Source of the DNA: the human T2T-CHM13v2.0 reference genome, Homo sapiens
DNA length: 64,000 nt
Assembly: GCF_009914755.1 (NCBI RefSeq)
Contig: NC_060940.1
Reading direction: 5' to 3' (one strand)
Made by a program: the position numbers and the translations under genes. The notes beneath the pieces were generated by a model. That model worked only from the letters and a program-made list of their open reading frames with translations. It had not been told where the DNA came from and did no database searches. This document shows positions 41,216 through 56,400 of the stretch, in pieces (positions within the stretch are counted from its first letter, which is position 1; each line of letters begins with the position of its first letter).

Positions 41216-44200
41216 CCACAGGTTTCCATTCGTGTCCATTCCATTATTCCATTCTATTCCATTTGATGATGATTCCATTCGATTCCATTCATTGGTGATT
41301 CCACTCAATTCCATTCAATGATTCCATTCCATTTCTTTCAACAATGATTCCATTACTTTCTAATCGATGATCCACTTGATTCCATTTGACGACGATTCCA
41401 TTCTTGTCCATTCGATGATTCCATTTGATTCCATATGATGATGATTCCATTCGATTCCATACCATGATGATTCCATTCGAGTCCATTCAATGGTGATTCC
41501 ATTCAATTCCATTCGATGATTCCTTTTGATTCCATTCGATGATGATGGCATTCGATTCCTTTCAATCATTCCCTTTGATTCCATTCAAAGGTGATTTCAT
41601 TCAAGTCCATTCGATAATTGCATTCGATTCCATTCTATGATGATTCCATTCGAGTCCATTTGATGATTCCATTCAATTCAAGTCAATGATGATTCCATTC
41701 GATTCCATTCGATGATTCCATTGGATTCCATTCGATGATGATTCCATTCAAATCCATTCGATAATTCAATTCAAGTCCATTCGATGATGATTCCAATCGA
41801 ATCCATTCAAAGATTCCATTCAGTTCCATTCGATGATTCCCTTAGATTCCATTCGATGATTCCACTTGATTGCATTTACGATGATTCCATTCGATTCCAT
41901 GTGATGATTCCATTCAATTCTATTCAATGATGTCTCCATTTGATTCCATTCGACCATGATTGCCTTTGATTCCATTCAATGATTCCATTCGGTTCCGTTT
42001 GATGATGATTCCGTTCGATTCCATTTGATGATTCCATTTGATTCCATTGGATGAGTCCATTCGATTACATTCGATGATTATTCCATTCGAGTGCATTAGA
42101 TGATTCCATTCGAGTCCATTCGATGATTCCATTCGATTCCATTCGATGTTGATTCTGTTCAAATCCATTCGATGATTCCACTCGATTCCATTCGTTGACT
42201 CCATTTGATCCCATTCGATGATTTCCTTTGATTCCCTTTGATGATCATTCCATTTGATTCAATTCGGTGATTTCATTTGATTCCATTCAGTGATGTTTCC
42301 ATTCGACTCCATTCGATGATGATTCCATTCGACTCCATTCGATTATGATTTCATTCAATTCCATTCGATAATGATTCCCTTCGAGTCCATTCGATGATTC
42401 CATTCGATTCCATTCAACGATGATTTGATTCGTGTCCATTCGATGATTCCATTTGATTCCACTTGATGATGATTCCATTCGAGTCCATTTGATGATTCCA
42501 TTCAATTCCATACTCCGATGATTTCTTTTGAGCCCACTCAATGCTTCCACTCGATTCCATATGATGATGACTCCATTCGATGAAATTCGATGATGATTCC
42601 ATTCGCTTGCTTTCGATGATGATTCCACTTGAGTCCGTTAGAAGATTCTATTCAATTACATTCCATGACGATTCCGTTCGAGTCCATTTGATGATTCCAT
42701 TAGACTCCATTCGACGATGATTCCATTCGATGTTATTTGATGATTCCATTCGATCTCATTCGATGATGATTCCATTCAACTCCATTCGATGTTTCCATTC
42801 GAGTTCATTCTATTATTCCATTAGATTCCATTCGATGATGATTCCATTCGATTCCATTTGATGATTGCATTCTATTTCATTTGATGATGATTCCATTCGA
42901 GTCCACTCGATGATTCCATTCGAGTCCATTTAATGAATCCATTGGTTTCAATTCTATGATGATTACATTGGATTCCATTCGTTGATGATTTCATTCGGTT
43001 CCATTCAATGATGATTCCATTCAATTCCTTTCAATGTTTCAATTCAATTCCATACGATGATGATTCCATTTGATTTGATTCGACAGTGAGCCATTCGATT
43101 CAATTCCATGATGGTTCTATTTGATTCAATTGGTTGACATTTCCATTCGATTCCATTCGATGATGATTCCCTTTGATTCCGTTCAAAGATGATTCCATTC
43201 TAGCCCATTCAATCATTCCATTCGATTCTATTCAATGATGATTCCATTCATGTCGATTTGGTGATTCCATTTGACTTCATTTGATGATGATTCCTTTCAA
43301 GTTCATTAGATGATTCCATTCGATTCCATTTGATGATGATCCCATTCGAGTCCATTCAGTGATTCCATTCGTTTCTATTCCATGATGATTCCATTCCTTT
43401 CCATTCAATGATTCCATTCGATTCCGTTTGATGATGATTTCATTCGAGTCCATTTGATGATTCCATTTGATTCCATTCGATGATGATTCCATTCGAGTCC
43501 ATTCGATGATTCTATTCGAATCCATTTGATGATTTCTTTTGATTATATTTGGTGATGATTCCATTGGAGTCCATTCAATGATTCCATTCTATTCCAATCG
43601 ATGATGATTCCATTAGAGTCCATTTAATGATTCCATTTGATTCCAGTCTCTGATGATTACATTCGAGTCCATACGATGATTCCACTCAATTCCATATGAT
43701 GATGATTCCATTTGATTCCATTCGGTGATTCCATTCTATTCTATTCAATGGTGATTCCATTCGAGTACATTAGATGATTCCATTCGATTCCATTCAATGA
43801 TGATTCTATTTGTGTCCCTTAGATGATTCCACATGATTCCATTAGATGATGATACTATTTGAGCCCATCCAATGATTCCCTTCGATTCCATTCGATGAGG
43901 ATTCCATTCGATTCAATTCATTGGTGATTCTATTCAATTCAATTCTTTGATTCCATTCCATTCCATTCGACAATGATTCCATTCGATTTCTTTCGATGAT
44001 TCCACTCGATTCCACTTGACATTGATTCCATTCGATTCCATTCAATGATTCCATTTGATTCCAGTGGATGATGATTGCCATCGATTCCATTCGATCACTC
44101 CATTCTATTCCATTTGATGATGATTACATTCGATTCCATTTGATGATTCCATCTGATTCTATTCGAGGATTCCATTTGATTCCATTCGATGATGATTCCA

Positions 44201-47200
44201 TTCGAGTCCATTCGATGATTTCATTCGAGTACATCCAATGATTCCATTCGAGTCCATTAGATGATTCCATTTGATTCCATTTGAAAATGATTCTACTAGA
44301 GTCCATTCAATGACTCCATTCGAGTCCATTCAACAATTCCATTCGACTCCATTCGATGATTCCATTCGATTCCATTTGATGGTTCCATTCGAGTCCATTT
44401 AATCATTACAGTCGAGTCCATTTGGTGATTCCACTGGATTTCTTTTGATAATGATACCATTCAATTACATTTGATGATGATCCCATTCAATTTCATTTGA
44501 TGATGATTCCATTAGAGTCCATTCGATGATTTCATTCGAGTCCCTTCATTGATTCCATCCAATTTCATTGGATGATGACTCCATTCGAGTCCATTCGATG
44601 ATTCCACTCGATTCCATTAGATGACTCCATTGGAGTCCATTTGATTGTTCCATTCGATTCCATTCGATTCCTTTCGAAGATTATTCCATTTGAGTCCATT
44701 CGATGATGATTCCATTCCATTCCATTCGATGATTCCGTTTGATTCCATTCGATGATTCCCTTCGATTCCTTTCTTTGATGATTCCATTCCATTCCATTCA
44801 ATGATTCCATTCGAATCTATTCCATGATGATTCCTTTCGATTCCATTCGCTGATGTTTCCGTTCAATTCCATTCGATGATGATTCCATTCGATTCCATTC
44901 ATTGAGGATTCCATTTGATTCCATTCAATGATGATTCCATTCTATTCCATTCAATGATTGCATTCAATTCCATTCAATGATTATCCCATTAGAGTAAACT
45001 CAACGATTCCATTCAATACCATTCGATGATGATTCCTTTTGAGTCCATTCAATGATTTCATTCAAGTCCATTTGATGATTCCTTTCAATTCCATTCTATG
45101 ATGATTCCATTCGAGTCCATTCGATGATTCCATTCGATTGCATTCGATGATTCCATTATATTCCAGTCAACGATGATTCCATTCGAGTCCATTCGATGAT
45201 TCCATTAGAGTACATTTAATGATTGCTTTGTTTTCAATTCGAAGATGATTACATTGGATTCCATTCTATGATACCATTCGATTCCATTCAATGATGATTC
45301 CACTCAAATCCATTGGATGATTCCATTCGTGTCCATTCGGTGATTTCATTAGATTCCATTCGAGGATGATTCCATTCGATTCCATTCGATGATTCCATTC
45401 AATTCCATTCGATGATGATTCCATTCCATTCCATATGATCATTCCATTTGATTTCATTCGATGATGATTCCATTCAATTCGATTCGACGATTCCATTCTA
45501 TTCCATTCGATGATGATTCCATTCGAGTCCATTCGATGATTCCATTCGAGTCCATTTAATGATTCCATTGGGTTCAATTCAATGATGATTACATTGGATT
45601 CCGTTCTATGATTCCATTCAATTCCGTTCATTGACAATTTGATTCCATTCGATGATGATTCCATTTGAGTTCATTCTATGATTCTATTTGATTCTCTTCG
45701 ATGGTGATTCAATTCTATTATATTGGATGATTCCATTCGATTCCATTTGATGTTGATTCAATTCGATTCTATTCGATGATGATTCCATTGGATTTCACTT
45801 GATGATTCTATTCGATTCCATTCAATGATGATTCACTTCTCGTCCATTGGATGATTCCATTTCATTCCATTCGATGATGATTCCATTCGATTCCATTCGA
45901 TGATTCCATTTGATTCCATGCGACGGTGAGCAATTCGATTCAATTCCATGATGATTCTATTTGATTCAATTAGATGATGTTTCCATTCGAATCCATTCCA
46001 TGATTATTCCATTGGAATCCATTCGGCGATGATTCCATATGAGTCAATTCAATGATGATTCCATATGGGTCCGTTCGATGATAATTCCATTTGATTTCAT
46101 TCGATGCTTCTATTCTATTCCAGTCGATGATGATTCCGTTGGAGTCCATACGATGATTCCATTTGATTTCATTTGATGATGATTCCATTCGATGATGATT
46201 ACATTGGATTCCATTCTATGATTCCATTCAATTCCATTCGTTGATGATTCGATTCCATTCAATGATGATTCCATTTGAGTTCATTCGATGATTCTATTCG
46301 ATTCCGTTCGATGGTGATTCAATTCTATTATATTGGATGATTCCACTCGATTCCATTTGATGATTATTCCATTGGAGTCCACTTAGTGAATCCTTTAGAT
46401 TCTACTCGACGATGATTCCATTCGAGTCCATTCGATGATACCATTCAATTCCATTCGTTGATGCTTCCATTCAAGTGCATTCGATGATATCATTCGATTC
46501 CATTTGATGATAATTCCATTTGATTCCATGCGATGATTCTATTCGATTCCATTCAATGATAATTCCATTCAATTCAGTGATTCCTCTGGACTCCATTTGA
46601 TGATGATTCCATTCAATGATTCCATTCGATTCTATTCGAAAATGATTCCATTTGAATCCATTTGATGATGATTCCATTAGATTCCATTTGATGATTCCAT
46701 TCGATTCCATTCGACGATGATTCCATTCCATTCCGTTTGATGATTCCATTCTATTCTATTCGATGATGATTCCATTCGATTCCATTCGATGATGATTGGA
46801 TTCGATTCCATTTGATGATTTCATTTGATTCCATTCGTTAATGATTTCGATCAATTCCATTCGATGATTCCATTCGATTCCATTCGATAATGATTACATC
46901 CGAGTCCATTCGATGATTCCCTTTGAGCCTGTTCGATAATTCCATTTGAGTCCAACCAATGATTCCATTCATTTCCATTCAATGATTCCATTCGAGTCCA
47001 TTTGATCATTCCGGTAGGGTCCATTCGATGTTGATTCCATTGGAGTGCATTCGATGATTCCATTCGAGTCCATTTTAGGATTTGATTCGAGTCCTTTCGA
47101 TGATTCCATTCGATTCCACTCGATGATGATTTCATTCGAGTCCATTCGACACTTCCAATCGATTCCATTTGATGATTCCATTCGAGTCCAATTGATGATT

Positions 47201-47327
47201 CCATTCAATTCCATTCGATGATGATTCCGTACGATTCCATTCTGTGATGATTCCATGTGATTGCATTCAATGATGATTCCTTTCGATTGCATTCGATTAT
47301 GATTCATTTCGTGTTCATTCTATGGTT
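41216..47327 (+). repeat. HOR copy U8, 6112 bp, long form
   Basis: Landmarks at 41216 and 47328. 374 bp segment at 43007-43380. Confidence 0.95.
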
Positions 47328-50300
47328 CCACAGGTTTCCATTCGTGTCCATTCCATTATTCCATTCTATTCCATTTGATGATGATTCCATTCGATTCCAT
47401 TCATTGGTGATTCCACTCAATTCCATTCAATGATTCCATTCCATTTCTTTCAACAATGATTCCATTAGTTTCTAATCGATGATCCACTTGATTCCATTTG
47501 ACGACGATTCCATTCTTGTCCATTCGATGATTCCATTTGATTCCATATGATGATGATTCCATTCGATTCCATACCATGATGATTCCATTCGAGTCCATTC
47601 AATGGTGATTCCATTCAATTCCATTCGATGATTCCTTTTGATTCCATTCGATGATGATGGCATTCGATTCCTTTCAATCATTCCCTTTGATTCCATTCAA
47701 AGGTGATTTCATTCAAGTCCATTCGATAATTGCATTCGATTCCATTCTATGATGATTCCATTCGAGTCCATTTGATGATTCCATTCTATTCAAGTCAATG
47801 ATGATTCCATTCGATTCCATTCGATGATTCCATTGGATTCCATTCGATGATGATTCCATTCAAATCCATTCGATAATTCAATTCAAGTCCATTCGATGAT
47901 GATTCCAATCGAATCCATTCAAAGATTCCATTCAGTTCCATTCGATGATTCCCTTAGATTCCATTCGATGATTCCACTTGATTGCATTTACGATGATTCC
48001 ATTCGATTCCATGTGATGATTCCATTCAATTCTATTCAATGATGTCTCCATTTGATTCCATTCGACCATGATTGCCTTTGATTCCATTCAATGATTCCAT
48101 TCGGTTCCGTTTGATGATGATTCCGTTCGATTCCATTTGATGATTCCATTTGATTCCATTGGATGAGTCCATTCGATTACATTCGATGATTATTCCATTC
48201 GAGTGCATTAGATGATTCCATTCGAGTCCATTCGATGATTCCATTCGATTCCATTCGATGTTGATTCTGTTCAAATCCATTCGATGATTCCACTCGATTC
48301 CATTCGTTGACTCCATTTGATCCCATTCGATGATTTCCTTTGATTCCCTTTGATGATCATTCCATTTGATTCAATTCGGTGATTTCATTTGATTCCATTC
48401 AGTGATGTTTCCATTCGACTCCATTCGATGATGATTCCATTCGACTCCATTCGATTATGATTTCATTCAATTCCATTCGATAATGATTCCCTTCGAGTCC
48501 ATTCGATGATTCCATTCGATTCCATTCAACGATGATTTGATTCGTGTCCATTCGATGATTCCATTTGATTCCACTTGATGATGATTCCATTCGAGTCCAT
48601 TTGATGATTCCATTCAATTCCATACTCCGATGATTTCTTTTGAGCCCACTCAATGCTTCCACTCGATTCCATATGATGATGACTCCATTCGATGAAATTC
48701 GATGATGATTCCATTCGCTTGCTTTCGATGATGATTCCACTTGAGTCCGTTAGAAGATTCTATTCAATTACATTCCATGACGATTCCGTTCGAGTCCATT
48801 TGATGATTCCATTAGACTCCATTCGACGATGATTCCATTCGATGTTATTCGATGATTCCATTCGATCTCATTTGATGATGATTCCATTCAACTCCATTCG
48901 ATGTTTCCATTCGAGTTCATTCTATTATTCCATTAGATTCCATTCGATGATGATTCCATTCGATTCCATTTGATGATTGCATTCTATTTCATTTGATGAT
49001 GATTCCATTCGAGTCCACTCGATGATTCCATTCGAGTCCATTTCATGAATCCATTGGTTTCAATTCTATGATGATTACATTGGATTCCATTCGTTGATGA
49101 TTTCATTCGGTTCCATTCAATGATGATTCCATTCAATTCCTTTCAATGTTTCCATTCAATTCCATACGATGATGATTCCATTTGATTTGATTCGACAGTG
49201 AGCCATTCGATTCAATTCCATGATGATTCTATTTGATTCAATTGGTTGACATTTCCATTCGATTCCATTCGATGATGATTCCCTTTGATTCCGTTCAAAG
49301 ATGATTCCATTCTAGCCCATTCAATCATTCCATTCGATTCTATTCAATGATGATTCCATTCATGTCGATTTGGTGATTCCATTTGACTTCATTTGATGAT
49401 GATTCCTTTCAAGTTCATTAGATGATTCCATTCGATTCCATTTGATGATGATCCCATTCGAGTCCATTCAGTGATTCCATTCGTTTCTATTCCATGATGA
49501 TTCCATTCCTTTCCATTCAATGATTGCATTCGATTCCGTTTGATGATGATTTCATTCGAGTCCATTTGATGATTCCATTTGATTCCATTCGATGATGATT
49601 CCATTCGAGTCCATTCGATGATTCTATTCGAATCCATTTGATGATTTCTTTTGATTATATTTGGTGATGATTCCATTGGAGTCCATTCAATGATTCCATT
49701 CTATTCCAATCGATGATGATTCCATTAGAGTCCATTTAATGATTCCATTTGATTCCAGTCTCTGATGATTACATTCGAGTCCATACGATGATTCTACTCA
49801 ATTCCATATGATGATGATTCCATTTGATTCCATTCGGTGATTCCATTCTATTCTATTCAATGGTGATTCCATTCGAGTACATTAGATGATTCCATTCGAT
49901 TCCATTCAATGATGATTCTATTTGTGTCCCTTAGATGATTCCACATGATTCCATTAGATGATGATACTATTTGAGCCCATCCAATGATTCCCTTCGATTC
50001 CATTCGATGAGGATTCCATTCGATTCAATTCATTGGTGATTCTATTCAATTCAATTCTTTGATTCCATTCCATTCCATTCGACAATGATTCCATTCGATT
50101 TCTTTCGATGATTCCACTCGATTCCACTTGACATTGATTCCATTCGATTCCATTCAATGATTCCATTTGATTCCAGTGGATGATGATTGCCATCGATTCC
50201 ATTCGATCACTCCATTCTATTCCATTTGATGATGATTACATTCGATTCCATTTGATGATTCCATCTGATTCTATTCGAGGATTCCATTTGATTCCATTCG

Positions 50301-53300
50301 ATGATGATTCCATTCGAGTCCATTAGATGATTTCATTCGAGTACATCCAATGATTCCATTCGAGTCCATTAGATGATTCCATTTGATTCCATTTGAAAAT
50401 GATTCTACTAGAGTCCATTCAATGACTCCATTCGAGTCCATTCAACAATTCCATTCGACTCCATTCGATGATTCCATTCGATTCCATTTGATGGTTCCAT
50501 TCGAGTCCATTTAATCATTACAGTCGAGTCCATTTGGTGATTCCACTGGATTTCTTTTGATAATGATACCATTCAATTACATTTGATGATGATCCCATTC
50601 AATTTCATTTGATGATGATTCCATTAGAGTCCATTCGATGATTTCATTCGAGTCCCTTCATTGATTCCATCCAATTTCATTGGATGATGACTCCATTCGA
50701 GTCCATTCGATGATTCCACTCGATTCCATTAGATGACTCCATTGGAGTCCATTTGATTGTTCCATTCGATTCCATTCGATTCCTTTCGAAGATTATTCCA
50801 TTTGAGTCCATTCGATGATGATTCCATTCCATTCCATTCGATGATTCCGTTTGATTCCATTCGATGATTCCCTTCGATTCCTTTCTTTGATGATTCCATT
50901 CCATTCCATTCAATGATTCCATTCGAATCTATTCCATGATGATTCCTTTCGATTCCATTCGCTGATGTTTCCGTTCAATTCCATTCGATGATGATTCCAT
51001 TCGATTCCATTCATTGAGGATTCCATTTGATTCCATTCAATGATGATTCCATTCTATTCCATTCAATGATTGCATTCAATTCCATTCAATGATTATCCCA
51101 TTAGAGTAAACTCAACGATTCCATTCAATACCATTCGATGATGATTCCTTTTGAGTCCATTCAATGATTTCATTCAAGTCCATTTGATGATTCCTTTCAA
51201 TTCCATTCTATGATGATTCCATTCGAGTCCATTCGATGATTCCATTCGATTGCATTCGATGATTCCATTATATTCCATTCAACGGTGATTCCATTCGAGT
51301 ACATTCCATGATTCCATTAGAGTACATTTAATGATTGCTTTGTTTTCAATTCGAAGATGATTACATTGGATTCCATTCTATGATACCATTCGATTCCATT
51401 CAATGATGATTCCACTCAAATCCATTGGATGATTCCATTCGTGTCCATTCGGTGATTTCATTAGATTCCATTCGAGGATGATTCCATTCGATTCCATTCG
51501 ATGATTCCATTCAATTCCATTCGATGATGATTCCATTCCAGTCCATATGATCATTCCATTTGATTTCATTCGATGATGATTCCATTCGATTCCATTCGAC
51601 GATTCCATTCTATTCCATTCGATGATGATTCCATTCGAGTCCATTCGATGATTCCATTCGAGTCCATTTAATGATTCCATTGGGTTCAATTCAATGATGA
51701 TTACATTGGATTCCGTTCTATGATTCCATTCAATTCCGTTCATTGACAATTTGATTCCATTCGATGATGATTCCATTTGAGTTCATTCGATGATTCTATT
51801 CGATTCTCTTCGATGTTGATTCAATTCTATTATATTGGATGATTCCATTCGATTCCATTTGATGTTGATTCAATTCGATTCTATTCGATGATGATTCCAT
51901 TGGATTTCACTTGATGATTCTATTCGATTCCATTCAATGATGATTCACTTCTCGTCCATTGGATGATTCCATTTCATTCCATTCGATGATGATTCCATTC
52001 GATTCCATTCGATGATTCCATTTGATTCCATGCGACGGTGAGCAATTCGATTCAATTCCATGATGATTCTATTTGATTCAATTAGATGATGTTTCCATTC
52101 GAATCCATTCCATGATTATTCCATTGGAATCCATTCGGCGATGATTCCATATGAGTCAATTCAATGATGATTCCATATGGGTCCGTTCGATGATAATTCC
52201 ATTTGATTTCATTCGATGCTTCTATTCTATTCCAGTCGATGATGATTCCGTTGGAGTCCATACGATGATTCCATTTGATTTCATTTGATGATGATTCCAT
52301 TCGATGATGATTACATTGGATTCCATTCTATGATTCCATTCAATTCCATTCGTTGATGATTCGATTCCATTCAATGATGATTCCATTTGAGTTCATTCGA
52401 TGATTCTATTCGATTCCGTTCGATGGTGATTCAATTCTATTATATTGGATGATTCCACTCGATTCCATTTGATGATTATTCCATTGGAGTCCACTTAGTG
52501 AATCCTTTAGATTCTACTCGACGATGATTCCATTCGAGTCCATTCGATGATACCATTCAATTCCATTCGTTGATGCTTCCATTCAAGTGCATTCGATGAT
52601 ATCATTCGATTCCATTTGATGATAATTCCATTTGATTCCATGCGATGATTCTATTCGATTCCATTCAATGATATTTCCATTCAATTCAGTGATTCCTCTG
52701 GACTCCATTTGATGATGATTCCATTCAATGATTCCATTCGATTCTATTCGAAAATGATTCCATTTGAATCCATTTGATGATGATTCCATTAGATTCCATT
52801 TGATGATTCCATTCGATTCCATTCGACGATGATTCCATTCGATTCCGTTTGATGATTCCATTCTATTCTATTCGATGATGATTCCATTCGATTCCATTCG
52901 ATGATGATTGGATTCGATTCCATTTGATGATTTCATTTGATTCCATTCGTTAATGATTTCGATCAATTCCATTCGATGATTCCATTCGATTCCATTCGAT
53001 AATGATTACATCCGGGTCCATTCGATGATTCCCTTTGAGCCTGTTCGATAATTCCATTTGAGTCCAACCAATGATTCCATTCATTTCCATTCAATGATTC
53101 CATTCGAGTCCATTTGATCATTCCGGTAGGGTCCATTCGATGTTGATTCCATTGGAGTGCATTCGATGATTCCATTCGAGTCCATTTTAGGATTTGATTC
53201 GAGTCCTTTCGATGATTCCATTCGATTCCACTCGATGATGATTTCATTCGAGTCCATTCGACACTTCCAATCGATTCCATTTGATGATTCCATTCGAGTC

Positions 53301-53439
53301 CAATTGATGATTCCATTCAATTCCATTCGATGATGATTCCGTACGATTCCATTCTGTGATGATTCCATGTGATTGCATTCAATGATGATTCCTTTCGATT
53401 GCATTCGATTATGATTCATTTCGTGTTCATTCTATGGTT
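47328..53439 (+). repeat. HOR copy U9, 6112 bp, long form
   Basis: Landmarks at 47328 and 53440. 374 bp segment at 49119-49492. Confidence 0.95.
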
Positions 53440-56400
53440 CCACAGGTTTCCATTCGTGTCCATTCCATTATTCCATTCTATTCCATTTGATGATGATTCC
53501 ATTCGATTCCATTCATTGGTGATTCCACTCAATTCCATTCAATGATTCCATTCCATTTCTTTCAACAATGATTCCATTACTTTCTAATCGATGATCCACT
53601 TGATTCCATTTGACGACGATTCCATTCTTGTCCATTCGATGATTCCATTTGATTCCATATGATGATGATTCCATTCGATTCCATACCATGATGATTCCAT
53701 TCGAGTCCATTCAATGGTGATTCCATTCAATTCCATTCGATGATTCCTTTTGATTCCATTCGATGATGATGGCATTCGATTCCTTTCAATCATTCCCTTT
53801 GATTCCATTCAAAGGTGATTTCATTCAAGTCCATTCGATAATTGCATTCGATTCCATTCTATGATGATTCCATTCGAGTCCATTTGATGATTCCATTCAA
53901 TTCAAGTCAATGATGATTCCATTCGATTCCATTCGATGATTCCATTGGATTCCATTCGATGATGATTCCATTCAAATCCATTCGATAATTCAATTCAAGT
54001 CCATTCGATGATGATTCCAATCGAATCCATTCAAAGATTCCATTCAGTTCCATTCGATGATTCCCTTAGATTCCATTAGATGATCCAACTTGATTGCATT
54101 TACGATGATTCCATTCGATTCCATGTGATGATTCCATTCAATTCTATTCAATGATGTCTCCATTTGATTCCATTCGACCATGATTGCCTTTGATTCCATT
54201 CAATGATTCCATTCGGTTCCGTTTGATGATGATTCCGTTCGATTCCATTTGATGATTCCATTTGATTCCATTGGATGAGTCCATTCGATTACATTCGATG
54301 ATTATTCCATTCGAGTGCATTAGATGATTCCATTCGAGTCCATTCGATGATTCCATTCGATTCCATTCGATGTTGATTCTGTTCAAATCCATTCGATGAT
54401 TCCACTCGATTCCATTCGTTGACTCCATTTGATCCCATTCGATGATTTCCTTTGATTCCCTTTGATGATCATTCCATTTGATTCAATTCGGTGATTTCAT
54501 TGGATTCCATTCAGTGATGTTTCCATTCGACTCCATTCGATGATGATTCCATTCGACTCCATTCGATTATGATTTCATTCAATTCCATTCGATAATGATT
54601 CCCTTCGAGTCCATTCGATGATTCCATTCGATTCCATTCAACGATGATTTGATTCGTGTCCATTCGATGATTCCATTTGATTCCACTTGATGATGATTCC
54701 ATTCGAGTCCATTTGATGATTCCATTCAATTCCATACTCCGATGATTTCTTTTGAGCCCACTCAATGCTTCCACTCGATTCCATATGATGATGACTCCAT
54801 TCCATGAAATTCGATGATGATTCCATTCGCTTGCTTTCGATGATGATTCCACTTGAGTCCGTTAGAAGATTCTATTCAATTACATTCCAGGACGATTCCG
54901 TTCGAGTCCATTTGATGATTCCATTAGACTCCATTCGACGATGATTCCATTCGATGTTATTCGATGATTCCATTCGATCTCATTCGATGATGATTCCATT
55001 CAACTCCATTCGATGTTTCCATTCGAGTTCATTCTATTATTCCATTAGATTCCATTCGATGATGATTCCATTCGATTCCATTTGATGATTGCATTCTATT
55101 TCATTTGATGATGATTCCATTCGAGTCCACTCGATGATTCCATTCGAGTCCATTTAATGAATCCATTGGTTTCAATTCTATGATGATTACATTGGATTCC
55201 ATTCGTTGATGATTTCATTCGGTTCCATTCAATGATGATTCCATTCAATTCCTTTCAATGTTTCCATTCAATTCCATACGATGATGATTCCATTTGATTT
55301 GATTCGACAGTGAGCCATTCGATTCAATTCCATGATGATTCTATTTGATTCAATTGGTTGACATTTCCATTCGATTCCATTCGATGATGATTCCCTTTGA
55401 TTCCGTTCCAAGATGATTCCATTCTAGCCCATTCAATCATTCCATTCGATTCTATTCAATGATGATTCCATTCATGTCGATTTGGTGATTCCATTTGACT
55501 TCATTTGATGATGATTCCTTTCAAGTTCATTAGATGATTCCATTCGATTCCATTTGATGATGATCCCATTCGAGTCCATTCAGTGATTCCATTCGTTTCC
55601 ATTCCATGATGATTCCATTCCTTTCCATTCAATGATTCCATTCGATTCCGTTTGATGATGATTTCATTCGAGTCCATTTGATGATTCCATTTGATTCCAT
55701 TCGATGATGATTCCATTCGAGTCCATTCGATGATTCTATTCGAATCCATTTGATGATTTCTTTTGATTATATTTGGTGATTATTCCATTGGAGTCCATTC
55801 AATGATTCCATTCTATTCCAATCGATGATGATTCCATTAGAGTCCATTTAATGATTCCATTTGATTCCAGTCTCTGATGATTACATTCGAGTCCATACGA
55901 TGATTCCACTCAATTCCATATGATGATGATTCCATTTGATTCCATTCGGTGATTCCGTTCTATTCTATTCAATGGTGATTCCATTCGAGTACATTAGATG
56001 ATTCCATTCGATTCCATTCAATGATGATTCTATTTGTGTCCCTTAGATGATTCCACATGATTCCATTAGATGATGATACTATTTGAGCCCATCCAATGAT
56101 TCCCTTCGATTCCATTCGATGAGGATTCCATTCGATTCAATTCATTGGTGATTCTATTCAATTCAATTCTTTGATTCCATTCCATTCCATTCGACAATGA
56201 TTCCATTCGATTTCTTTCGATGATTCCACTCGATTCCACTTGACATTGATTCCATTCGATTCCATTCAATGATTCCATTTGATTCCAGTGGATGATGATT
56301 GCCATCGATTCCATTCGATCACTCCATTCTATTCCATTTGATGATGATTACATTCGATTCCATTTGATGATTCCATCTGATTCTATTCGAGGATTCCATT

